Positions 52,019 through 64,000 of a stretch of 64,000 bases of DNA are shown piece after piece (positions within the stretch are counted from its first letter, which is position 1; each line of letters starts with the position of its first letter). The DNA comes from Octopus sinensis. Taxonomy: Eukaryota. The stretch lies in the NCBI RefSeq assembly GCF_006345805.1, contig NC_043021.1, forward strand, positions 4,216,001 to 4,280,000, in the 5' to 3' direction. The translations under genes were made by a program, and so were the position numbers. Below the pieces are notes generated by a model. That model was given only the letters and a program-made list of their open reading frames with translations, had not been told where the DNA came from and did not search any database.

Positions 52019-53446
52019 TGCTTTTACATGGCACCACAGGGACACTCTCACATGGCTCCACACAGGCACTTTTACATGACATCGCACAGGTGTTTTTACA
52101 TGGTGTCACATGGGTACTTTTACATGGCACTGCACAGGCACTTTTACATGACACTGCATAGGCACTTTTACATGACATTGCACTGGCACTTTTACATGAC
52201 ACTGCACTGGCACTTTTACATGACACTGCACAAGCACTTTTACATGACACTGCACTGGCACTTTTATATGACACTGCACAGGCACTTTTACATGACACTG
52301 CACTGGCACTTTTACATGACACTGCACAAGCACTTTTACATGACACTGCACGGGCACTTTTACATGACATTGCACAGGCACTTTTACATGACACTGCACA
52401 AGCACTTTTACATGACACTGCACGGGCACTTTTACATGACATTGCACTGGCACTTTTACATGACACTGCACTGGCACTTTTACATGACACTGCACAAGCA
52501 CTTTTACATGACACTGCACGGGCACTTTTACATGACATTGCACTGGCACTTTTACATGACACTGCACTGGCACTTTTACATGACACTGCACAAGCACTTT
52601 TACATGACACTGCACTGGCACTTTTATATGACACTGCACAGGCACTTTTACATGACACTGCACGGGCACTTTTACATGATACTGCACAGGCACTTTTACA
52701 TGACACTGCATGGGCACTTTTACATGACACTGTATGGGCACTTTTACATGACACTGCACAGGCACTTTTACATGACACTGCATGGGCACTTTTACATGAC
52801 ACTGCATGGGCACTTTTACATGATACTACACAGGCACTTTTACATGACACTGCATGGGCACTTTTACATGACACTGCATGGGCACTTTTACATGACACTG
52901 TATGGGCACTTTTATATGACACTGCACGGGCACTTTTACATGACACTGCATGGGCACTTTTACATGATACTACACAGGCACTTTTACATGACACTGCATG
53001 GGCACTTTTACATGACACTGCATGGGCACTTTTACATGACACTGTATGGGCACTTTTATATGACACTGCACGGGCACTTTTACATGGCACTGCATGGGCA
53101 CTTTTACATGACACTGTATGGGCACTTTTATATGACACTGCACGGGCACTTTTACATGACACTGCATGGGCACTTTTACATGATACTACACAGGCACTTT
53201 TACATGATACTACACAGGCACTTTTACATGACATTGCATGGGCACTTTTACATGACACTGCATGGGCACTTTTATATGACACTGCACGGGCACTTTTACA
53301 TGACACTGCATGGGCACTTTTATATGACACTGCATGGGCACTTTTACATGACACTGCACAGGCATTTTTACATGACACTGCATGGGCACTTTTACATAAC
53401 ACTGCACAGGCACTTTTACATAACACTGCATGGGCACTTTTACATG
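52019..53446. repeat. 24-bp minisatellite (cacttttacatgacactgcaNNgg-like), ~59 units, growing out of a family C SINE at 51856-52030
   Basis: Unit counted from the 8-residue HFYMTLHx translation; the first units grade into the SINE's 'tgcttttac.tggcacc' motif. Confidence 0.95.
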
Positions 53447-54315
53447 GATCTTAAATATTCTGTGAATCATCATAATATCAAAGGTTAGGTGCAAGGCCAT
53501 TTTTAGGTACTCATCAGCCTTAGTGCTGTACCAAACAAGGTGTCCAAGATCTGACTGAAAAATGGGGCTATGTGTTACCTGGGCCCCAGTGCTACTGCCA
53601 TGATCTGGCACTGTTTGGCTGAAATAACCACAAACAAACTAAAATTCAATACAACTTGGCATCAATATCCTCAAAGACATGAATGGATGAAATAGATTCC
53701 ACGAAGATTCCATTCTGATGGCCTACCATTTCCACTAATTTATTGCCCCAGATTAACCCTTTAGATATCAGTCTTTTTGAGACTGCCTCTAATTCTACAA
53801 CACAAACTTTTAAACCCCAGCTTAATAACGACAAAGTTGTTTTACCAAATTCTTCATTATTTTCAAAATTAATTGCAACAAGGGTTTTTTTTTAAAATCC
53901 ATCTCCAAAAAGATGAAAGATGGATTTGACCACAGAAGGGACCAGAAAGCACAAAGTTCAAAATGCCAAACCAAGTAACGTGATACAGTTTTCTAACGAA
54001 TGCTCTAATTGCCTTTGCCAGTTCACCATCTTTGTTATTTGTACTCCCTAGTTACAAGTTGATTGAATCACAAGTAATCAATGAATTATTAAATAATTCT
54101 GACCCCCATCCCCTCTTTCCCTAATTACAAATTCATTGAACCACAAGAAGCACAAGCAGTGAATGACTCAAATAACTACATCTGATGTTTTGCCACAGAT
54201 TATAGACACTTTTGTAGTCAATTTAATTTATTGTCCACAATCAGCACTAAACTGTTGATCATTCAAAATTGTATTGAAGCTGTTCTTCTGGTAACAGAAG
54301 ACATTAAACAAACCC

Positions 54316-54725
54316 TTTTACTCTTTTATTCTTTTACTTGTTTCAGTCATTTTACTGCGGCCATGCTGGAGCACCACCTTTTAATCGAGCAACTCAACCC
54401 CAGGACTTTTGTAAGCCCAGTACTTATTCTATCGGTTTCTTTTGCCGAACCGCTAAGTAACGGGGACATAAACACACCAGCATCGGTTGTCAAGCAATGC
54501 TAGGGGGACAAACACAGGCACACAAACACACACACGCATATATATATATATATACATATATACGACGGGCTTCTTTCAGTTTCCGTTTACCAAATCCACT
54601 CACAAGGCTTTGGTCGGCCCGAGGCTATAGTAGAAGACACTTGCCCAAGGGGCCATGCAGTGGGACTGAACCCGGAACCATGTGGTTGGTAAACAAGCTA
54701 CTTACCACACAGCCACTCCTGCGCC
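54316..54725 (-). mobile_element. SINE family A
   Basis: Full-length match. Confidence 0.92.
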
Positions 54726-54802
54726 ATTTATTTCCTATTTAAAAAACGAAAAAAAATCTGTCCATATAGATGCAGGCAACAGAAGACATTAAACAAACCC
54801 TT

Positions 54803-55225
54803 TTACTCTTTTATTCTTTTACTTGTTTCAGTCAATTGACTGCAGCCATGCTGGAGCACCACCTTTAGTCGAGCAAATCGACCCCGGGACTTATTCTTTG
54901 TAAGCCCAGTACTTATTCTATCAGTCTCTTTTTGCCGAACCGCTAAGTGACGGGGACGTAAACACACCAGCATCGGTTGTCAAGCGATGGTGGGGGGACA
55001 AACACAAACACACAAACATATACACACACATGCATATATATATACATATATATATACATATATACGACAGGCTTCTTTCAGTTTCCATCTACCAAATCCA
55101 CTCACAAGGCATTGGTCGGCCCGGGGCTATAGCAGAAGACACTCGCCCAAGGTGCCCCGCAGTGGGATTGAACCCGGAACCATGTGGGTGGTTAGCAAGC
55201 TACTTACCACACAACCACTCCCGCA
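54803..55225 (-). mobile_element. SINE family A
   Basis: Full-length match. Confidence 0.92.
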
Positions 55226-55838
55226 CCTGTTTGTTGATAAGAACAGGCAAATGCACAGCAAACTGCAGATCTGTGCTTATCTGAATAGGCATGTGAATAT
55301 ATAAATATTTAGACGTATAGATATTTAGGCATATATGTTACACATTTTATTTTTGGTCACTTTTTTTCCTGCAGATGCCTGTTTTTAGGTACATCAGAGC
55401 ATCTTTGCTAACAAACTGAGATAAGTATGGCGCCATACTGAGGTATCTAGGTGTGATTGTGATCATATCTCGATTCAGGTGTGTTCGTGTAAACGTTATC
55501 AATTCAAAAACACAACTAAGTATTCTAACACATATAGGTACCAATGTATATCTGACAGGAAATATGTGTGCTTGTCTACCTGCATGCAACCATGCATGTC
55601 TGTTTGTATGTGTATGCACTCACCTGTATGAAAATATTTAGAAGCACATATTTAGAAATACTTTTTCTATTTTTGCATTTCTGTGCAAAAAAAGTGTACA
55701 CACACATAATTTTAACTGGTGAGGTTTAGACGCACAAATGTTTATTTTTTTTTTTTAATTGAAATATCAATGTAGTCAGTGTTTTGTGAATGCCTAAACA
55801 TACTTATTACATGCATACATTATATATTTATATATAAA

Positions 55839-56224
55839 CTAGCAGTATCGCCCGGCGTTGCTCAGGTTTGTAAGGGAAATAACTATAAAGCATTTTTAGA
55901 GAGTTATAGCCAAAAAATAGCAAAAAAATGGGGGAAAAAATGATGGTAAATTTTTTTTTGATAGTTAAAAAGGTCGAGTTGCGTCCCCTAGACCATCTGT
56001 GGTTTGTGTTTCTGATTGTCGACCCCATGTCGAATTTATCGATCTTTTTCAGAACTGGGGGAACTTTTCAAAATTTTCGCTGCGTTAGTTTTGAATTATG
56101 ACATTGGGCTATGTGTGTGTCAAGTTTCATCAGAATCGGTTGAAAGCCGTGGTCAGGGTGAGGGTACAACCTGACAGACACACAGAAACACACACAGACA
56201 AACTGCCGTTTATATATAGAGAGA
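55839..56224 (-). mobile_element. Non-autonomous Helitron
   Basis: Minus strand: A|TCTCTCTATATATAAA start, 3' GC hairpin 'cctgagcaacgccggg', then CTAG|T end; inserted between A and T without a TSD. Confidence 0.85.
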
Positions 56225-56340
56225 TTAAAATTAAAAAAGGCGGGTAATTTAAACTGGTTGTGTGCATACGTGCATATATATGTATGTATACGTTCGTAGA
56301 GGTAAGTATTCATATGTTATATATACATATATATATATAT

Positions 56341-56648
56341 TTGTATTTATGTACTCTCTGTGTATATTCCACTGATGAGGCAAAGCATTTCTTATGCAGA
56401 GCCAGAAATCCGGTATCTGGAATTATCCAGTAATTTTTTGCTAGTTTATTTTTGTCTTTTTGTCTTCTCTCCTGGTGCTGTATGAACATTTAATGTGGTT
56501 TTAGAGTCAAGTTTTGGCTGCTATTTCCAGCGTGGTGGTATCTCTTAGATATCCTGAATTATAATTTTAATAATAATTATTACCTTTGAAGGTTTTTATT
56601 CCCATGCTGGCCACCTGATAAGATCGGTATTTAAATATTGATCTTATC

Positions 56649-56652
<4 letters not shown>
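56341..56652 (+). mobile_element. (TA)n-embedded HHR-bearing short element
   Basis: (TA)n on both sides; 3' half homologous to the 3684-4252 elements. Confidence 0.8.
56366..56423 (+). ncRNA. Type I hammerhead ribozyme motif
   Basis: Stem I attcca/tggaat (6/6); CTGATGA 56372-56378; stem II ggc..gcat/atgc..gcc; extra A then GAAA; stem III t-ccggt-a; AUC, cut after 56417. Confidence 0.8.
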
Positions 56653-56738
<86 letters not shown>

Positions 56739-56808
56739 ACTTTGTGTATCTTAATTTTGAAAAATAAAATAAGTATAAAAAAAAACACATTATTTATGGA
56801 ATGACACA

Positions 56809-56867
<59 letters not shown>

Positions 56868-57635
56868 TATGCATTCATGAGCACACAATCATACTTGCAT
56901 GTGCAAAGATATATGCATATGCATGTGTATTCACACACTCTGGAAAACAAACATGCACACACACACACACGTGCGTGCAAATGTAAAACATACATATGCT
57001 TGCATGACAACTCACTCGTGCTCGGACATGTAAACATATGTAAGCCTGCACGTGTAAATGTACGCAGTGATGATTGCGTATGAAAACGCATTTGCATTTG
57101 TAAACAGACTTCATATATAATAGATGCGTAAATAAACACACATTTGCATGAATAAACATACGCACGTTTGTATTTATAGACATGCTTATATCAATAACAG
57201 ATGCACGTTTGAGAGTGTAAACACAAACGCACTTATAAATGTAAATGCATACACACACTTGCAGGTGTAAACACACATATGCTGGCATGTGTTAACATAC
57301 ATATACACACACACACTATCCTGAGTGAATATATATACATACACACTGACACAAGTAAATATATACATTTGCAGATGTAAATGTACATACAAACACACAC
57401 ACACACACACTTGCACCTGTAAACACCCACACATACTATCATGTATGAACATACACACTTGAAGATGTAAATATACATATATGCATACTTACGTCTGCGA
57501 ACATACATGCATGCCTGTATGAATTTACGCACGCCATCTGTGCGTGTAAAACACATATAACACTTCTATGTGTTGACGTAAAGATATCCGACTCCAGAAT
57601 AGAAATGGAAACATCAACAAAATATAAAACAATTG

Positions 57636-58862
57636 GAAGAAGAAGAAGAAGAAGAAGAAGAAGAAGAAGAAGAAGAAAGAAGAAGAAGAAGAAGAAGAAA
57701 AAGAAGAAGAAAAGAGAAGAGAAGAAGAAGAAGAAGAAGAAAAGAAGAGAAGAAGAAAAGAAAAAGAGAAGAAGAGAAAGAGAAGAAGAAAAGAAAAAGA
57801 GAAGAAGAAGAGGAAGAAGAAAAGAGAAGAAGAAGAGAAGAAGAAGAAGAAAAGAAGAAAAGAAGAAAAGAAGAAGAAGAGAGAAGAAGAAGAAGAAAAG
57901 AAGAAAAGAAAAAGAAAAAGAGAAGAAGAGAGGAAGAAGAAGAAGAAGAAAAGAGAAGAAAGAGAAGAAGAAAAGAGAGAAGAAGAAGAAAAGAGAAAGA
58001 AGAAGAAGAAGAAAAGAGAAGAGAAGAAAAAGAGAAGAAGAAGAGAAGAAGAAAAGAAGAGAAGAAAGAAGAAGAAGAAAAGAGGAGGAGAAGAAGAAAA
58101 ACAAAAAGAGAAGAAGAAAGAGAAAGAAGAAGAAAAGAGAAAAGAGAAGAGGAAGAGAAGAGGAAGAGAGAAAAGAGAAGAAGAAGAAGAAAAGAAGAAA
58201 AGAGAAGAAGAAGAGAGAAGAAGAAGAAAAGAGAAGAAGAAGAGGAAGAAGAAAAGAGAAGAAAGAAGAAGAAAAGAGAAGAAGAAGAGGAAGAGAAAAG
58301 AGAAGAAGAAAAAGAGAAGAAGAAGAAGAAAAGAGAAGAAGAAGAAGAAAAGAGAAGAAAAAGAGAAGAAGAAAGAAAAGAGAAGAAGAGAAGAAGAAGA
58401 AAGAAGAAGAAAAGAGGAAGAAGAAAAGAAGAAGAGAGAAGAAGAAAGAAGAGAAGAAGAAAAGAAGAAGAAGAAAAGAGAAAGAGAAGAAGAAGAAGAG
58501 GAAGAAGAAAAGAGAAGAAGAAGAGAAGAAGAAAAGAGAAGAAGAAAAGAGAAGAAAAGAAGAAGAAAAGAAAAAGAGAAGAAAGAGAAGAAGAAGAAGA
58601 AAAGAAGAAGAAAAGAGAGAAGAAGAAGAAAAGAGAAGAAGAAGAAGAAAAGAGAAGAAGAAAGAAGAAAAGAGAAGAAAAAGAGAAGAAGAAAAGAAAA
58701 AGAAGAGAAAAGAAGAAGAAAAGAGGAGGAGAAGAAGAAAAACAAAAAGAGAAGAGGAAGAGAAAAAGAAAAAGAAAAAGAGAAGAGGAAGAGAAGAAAA
58801 AGAAAAAGAAGAGAAGAGGGAGAGGAGAAGAAGAAGAAGAAGAAAAAGAGAAGAGGAGAAGA
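57636..58862. repeat. 1.2 kb (AAG)n-derived almost pure purine tract
   Basis: Directly visible. Confidence 0.97.
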
Positions 58863-59539
58863 TGATGATGATGATGATGATCAATTCTTAACGGTTATCT
58901 TCCGTCATCGCTATCACCATTTTTGTCATCGTTATCATTTAAGAGCAAAATTGCAGTTTTGTTTACCAACGAAAACAAAACATTTTTCAACAACACATTG
59001 TTGCATCGCAAATCTATTTATAAACTATCATGGCATAATCATATATATACGTTGATGACAGTCCAAAGAAGAACGTGTGTATGTGTGAATATGTATACAT
59101 ATATAGAACACACACATACACACACACACATAAATAGAGAGACAGACGGATTCTTAATTCTCTTTGGCTGCGACAGATTTAGTTTCACTTTCAAATTCAC
59201 ATTTCATTTTATTGAAACAAATTAATGAAAATAATATAAAAAAGTGGTCAAAACTGACCACCATTTGCTACTAGTTGTAGCAGTAGTAGCAACAGCCACA
59301 ACTGCTGTAGTTCTTATTGTTTGCCAAGCAGGCCAATGGTCAAAGATGTCCCAGCCAAGCCCATTCTTACTGTTTTCTGTCAACCGAAAATTAATTTATT
59401 CAAGCTGTCCTGCACCCGACCTTCTTTCTAAAGAAATTAGGGTGCAATTTCAGGGAGATTTGGCTGCTGGATGCTATTCCTAGCAGATCAAGTCACTATA
59501 TAAAGATTCCCTTTTGTTAATAGTGGTAGCAGTAATAAC

Positions 59540-59953
59540 AATAATAATAATAATAATCCTTTCTACTGTTAGCACAAGGCCTGAAATTTTGGGGGAGGGG
59601 GTAAGTCAATCACAAATAATAATAATAATCCTTTCTACTAAAGGCACAAGGCCTGAAATTCTGGTAGAGGGGTAAATTGATTGATTACATCAACTTCAGT
59701 GCATAACTGGTACTTATTTCATAGACCTCCAAAAGGAGGATAATAAATAATAATAATAATGATGAAGATGATCCATTCTACTATAGGCACAAGGCCTGAA
59801 ATTTTATAGGAGGACACTGTCAGTTACAAAGACTTCAGTGCTTAGTTGGTGCTTATTTTACTGACACCAAAAGCAAAGAAAGGCAAAGTAGACCTCAGTG
59901 GGATTTGAACCCAGAATGTAAAGACAGACGAAATGCTGAATAATAACAATAAC

Positions 59954-59988
<35 letters not shown>

Positions 59989-60150
59989 GAAGAAGAAGAA
60001 GAAGAATAACAACAACAATGGTTTCAAATTCTGGCACAAGGCCAGGAATTTCAGGGAAGAGCATAAGTTGATAACATCAACCCCAGTGCTCAACTGGTAC
60101 TTATTTTACCAACTCTGAAAGGATGAAAGGCAAAGTCATCCTCAACAAAA
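59540..60150 (-). mobile_element. Cluster of family B SINE 3' fragments separated by (AAT)n
   Basis: Repeated 'ttctact..aggcacaaggcctgaaatt' and Nin/Deu domains. Confidence 0.8.
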
Positions 60151-60192
60151 TAATAATAATAATGGTAATAATAATAGTGATGATGATGATGA

Positions 60193-61500
60193 TTTCTTTA
60201 TTAACCACAAGGGTTTACATTATGAACAGTACAGGACAAAACAAAAAATGTGAGTGTTGTTCTGAGGGTTTTGCATGTAAACAAGACTAACATAATCAAA
60301 GAAAAAAAATCAACAATGTGTAATCCTCAATAAGGAGGAGACATTCGGGAGCTGCTCATGAAAAAAAAACCCATGGGCACCCTAGCTTTTGGAGCAGGTG
60401 CCTCTTTTCCTTCCTTTTTCCCCAAGCTACAGGTGAATGCTCAGGGCAGGCCTGTTCACTTGCACCATTCTTGCCTCTTTCGTCCACCTTTCAGCACACT
60501 GGCTAGAAGACAACACTTCCCTCTCTACCCTTATTTTCCTTTTCAAGTGAAACTTGAAGTTGATCAGGGGTTGGCCAAAGAGGAAAGTGTTTGACTTAAG
60601 GCCCATCAGTCTCATCCACCATACAACCTCTTTCGCCAAGGCATATAAACACAGCCTTCTCTTCCCAGTTAAAGGAAAGCAGTGGGGCTATCTTCACAAT
60701 GGATTCAGTTGACAGCCAGATCTGTCCCACATGCAACAACAGGTGGTCAACATAAAGCCACATGTCTACAGTGCTCAAGCACTCAAGACCATCTCATCAT
60801 CCTGCGCACATCTTGGACATGCCCGGCTGACTTCTGTGCCAGTAAAGTTTGTCTCATAGGCAATTTTTGGAAATTATCTATTGATCCTGGGCCAAAAGTT
60901 CTCTGGAAAAAAGCATCTAGCTGATCTCCAATGCCCAAGGCCTAACCAACAACATTGTCACACATACCCTCCACTAACCCTCTTTAGAAAGCTAGAGTGG
61001 ACATTCCACTTATCACAGTCCTAACTGGCTGAGGGCTGTAAGTAGTTGAAGACATTCCACTTCCCAAATACTCCACCTCAGTCTCTGTTTTACCCAGGAC
61101 CTCAGCTCTGTTGAAGAAACTAGCTGGGAAATACACATCTGGTGAATGGTGACCACACCTGTTCATCGCCAAGAAAGCATTGGAGATGTCATAGCCTCAG
61201 CGCATGTCTGCGCATCATTAACCACAGCATGCCCAGGCCACCACACAGTGGGTGTTGACAGCAGATAGACCACCTGACCATGAGGACATGACCCTTCTGC
61301 AAGAAGCAGAAAAATATAAGCTCCAACAATTGTAGCCAGGACAAGGCACAACAGTCAAACGGTAACAGATGACGGATGCAATGTATGCATTAGCCACCTC
61401 AAGGATAGCTTCCTCTTGGCCCATTTCTGAGTGAGAGTGCTCATTACCTCATCCCAGTTTTTGTCCATCTGGAGGTCTGGACAAAACCAGACCCTCAGTA
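60193..61500 (-). pseudogene. 5'-truncated Tx1/L1-like LINE: ORF2 C-terminus plus 3' UTR
   Basis: VWFCPDLQMDKNW..QKWAKRKLSL, EVANAYIASVICYRLTVVPCP, HPLCGGLGM, CPRC zinc-knuckle remnant; 3' end 'ccttgtggttaataaagaaat' followed by (CAT)n. Confidence 0.85.
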
Positions 61501-61707
61501 TCTAATTTAGGCATAAGGCTAGGAGTTTTGAGTCTTTGACTAGTACTTTGTTGATACCAGTACTTGACTGGTACTTTTTGTAACTCTCAAATGCAAAGTT
61601 AACTCTGGTATGATTTGAACTCAGAAAGTAGAGAGTAGGAAGAAGTACTGCAAGGTATTGGTGCCTGACACTCTAATGATTCACAGCCCTTAATAATAAT
61701 AATAATA

Positions 61708-61738
<31 letters not shown>

Positions 61739-61769
61739 GCCAGCAATGAAGAACGCAACAGGTACACAA

Positions 61770-62226
61770 CATTTATTGAACCCGAAAGGATGAAAGGCAA
61801 AGTCGACCTAAATGGAATTTGAATTCAGAACGTGAAGACAGATGAAATACCTATTTCTTTACTACCCACAAGGGGCTAAACACAGAGGGGACAAACAAGG
61901 ACAGACAAACGGATTAAGTCGATTATATCAATCCCAGTGCTCAATTAGTACTCATTTCATCGACCCCGAAAGGATGAAAAGCAAAGTCGACCTCGGCGGA
62001 ATTTGAACTCAGAACGCAGCGGTGGACGAAATACCACAAAGCAATTTCAGGGAGGAGGTTTGTCAATAACATCAACCCCAGTGCTCAACTAGTACTTATT
62101 TCACTGACACTGAAAGGATGAAAGGCAAATGTCAACATTGGTGGAATTTGAACTGAAAATGTGAAGAAGCAGAAAAATACCACTAAGCATCCTGCCTAAC
62201 ATGCTAACATTTCTGCCAGCTCAATA

Positions 62227-62257
<31 letters not shown>

Positions 62258-62300
62258 AATTTCAAATTTTGGCACAGGGACAGCAATTCTGAGGAGAGGG
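61770..62300 (-). mobile_element. Family B SINE cluster including a tail-C unit nested at GGTATTTC
   Basis: Junctions 'gatgaaatacc|tatttctttac' at ~61851 and 'gacgaaatacc' at ~62035. Confidence 0.8.
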
Positions 62301-62921
62301 GTGGGGTAAAACAATAACAGCAGCATTGGTAGATATGAAGAAGACTACAAATAAAACTTAACTTTAAGACAGCCAAAGAAACAAATATAAAAAACATCAT
62401 CACTGTAAACAACAACAACACCAACAGCATCAATAAAATTAAACACAAATCATAAATGAAAAAATTTTACTTTTTTGTTTTTTTTTTTGCTAAATATGTG
62501 AATGAAAGACGAAGCAGAAAACGAAGAAAGAGTTTTTAAAAAAGATAGTGAAATCAAATAAAAAGAAGGAGAAAGATATTTACTTGGGTGTCCTGTTCAG
62601 GACAGACACATCGTGAACCAAGACTAGATTTCTTGCGCTTATCCTTTTTGTATTTTTTCCACATTTCTGACTCACTGACACAGCGTGACAAACAGATTTA
62701 AATGTTTTACTTTCTTCACCTGGTTTATTACGGGGCTTTTTTGCTTTTGTTTGCCTTTTGTTTGGGTTTTTCTTTTTCTTTTTTTTTTTCTTGTTGGGGA
62801 AGGGGATTCTTCTTGTTATTTATAGTAATTTGGTATTGAAAGTGGGGGCATTTTACCTTTTTTTTTTCCTTTCACATCTGGGATGTTATTTTTTAGGAAG
62901 GGATTTCATTTGAAATGAATG

Positions 62922-62983
<62 letters not shown>

Positions 62984-63058
62984 CATGCACTTACACTTGC
63001 AATGAGGGTATGTGTGTTTATATACACTTATGTATGTATGTATATATATGTGTGTGTT

Positions 63059-63089
<31 letters not shown>

Positions 63090-63564
63090 CTAAACGCACA
63101 CACACACACACACACACACAACTGCACAATTATAATGAAAAGTGTGTGCGTGTGTCTGTGTGTATGTGTATATATATATGTATGTGTGTATGTATAGTGA
63201 GAAGTATACGCAAAGCGATGAGATGATAGTAAAAGAAGCAAAACTAGAAAGATGATAGAGAGAAGAAAAAAGCTAAAAGCAAAACAAATAAGTGGAAATA
63301 TAACAACAAAATAAAAGAGTTATGAGTATGTGTTTTTGCGTGTATGCATATCTATTATGTGTGTGTAGTGTGTGTATGTTTTAATTATCTTGCCTAATTA
63401 GGCAACCCCCCCCGAAAAAAAAAAATTGGCTCCCCCCCATGGGGAGAACAACACGATGAAATGTTGAATGTATTGTAGAATTGGTGTATCCTTCCAGAAA
63501 ACAGTCCGTTTAGAAAGCAGCCGAGAAACTAACCTGTATTGCAACAGGAGTGTGGTTATTGAAG

Positions 63565-63565
<1 letters not shown>

Positions 63566-63602
<37 letters not shown>

Positions 63603-63603
63603 T
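63566..63603. repeat. (CAG)n microsatellite
   Basis: Directly visible. Confidence 0.95.
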
Positions 63604-63742
63604 CTGTGTGTGCTGTCTCACATACACGTACAGACACACATGCACACACACACACATAGAAACCTCACACGTGCACGCATACAGACAGACACCAGAGATT
63701 AACAGTATATACACAGGCACTGACAAACACGCACAAACCCAT

Positions 63743-64000
63743 ACTCTTTACTCTTTTACTTGTTTCAGTCATTTGACTGCGGCCATGCTGGAGCACCGCC
63801 TTTAATCGAGCAACTCGACCCCCGGGACTTATTCTTTTTGTAAGCTCAGTACTTATTCTATCAGTCTCTTTTGCCGAACTGCTAAGTAACGGGGGACATA
63901 AACACACCAGCATCGGTTGTCAAGCAATGCTAGGGGGACAAACACAGACACACAAACACATACACACACATATATATATATATACATATATACGACAGGC
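63743..64000 (-). mobile_element. SINE family A, cut by the window edge
   Basis: Match to the family A 3' half. Confidence 0.9.

Noticed and set aside
52019-53446. CRISPR-like array
   Set aside because: Head-to-tail units without unique spacers, in a eukaryotic context with no cas genes.
57439-58891. Long K/R/E-rich and F/L/S-rich ORFs (400-480 aa)
   Set aside because: Translations of the (AAG)n tract; stop-free by composition.

Overview
AT-rich, repeat-saturated animal genomic DNA, very probably octopus. This is inferred from dense (TA)n/(CA)n/(AAT)n/(GAT)n/(AAG)n microsatellites and tRNA-derived SINE families resembling the Octopus OK/OR1/OR2 types. Nearly all ORFs in the supplied track are microsatellite or SINE translations. 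Only one convincing host coding exon is visible (minus strand, 2350-2520, coiled-coil, phase 0/0), so most of the window is probably intronic or intergenic. Mobile elements include at least four SINE lineages, decayed LINE pieces (RTE, CR1-like, Tx1/L1-like, Hero-like), a non-autonomous Helitron, and piggyBac/hAT/mariner-type MITEs. Two signals stand out. (1) A set of ~200-320 bp non-coding elements, mostly inside (TA)n tracts, each carrying a type I hammerhead-ribozyme (HHR) motif with a palindromic, dimer-type stem III. About 9 motifs are recognisable, 3 with an intact CUGAnGA/GAAA core, and several sit in fold-back arrangements, suggesting a Penelope/retrozyme-like system. (2) A Nin/Deu-domain SINE subfamily with no simple-repeat tail, whose 3' end resembles the local Tx1-like LINE 3' end and which repeatedly sits 5' of GGTA, including inside its own family's head. 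All calls are by eye; no searches or folding programs were run.
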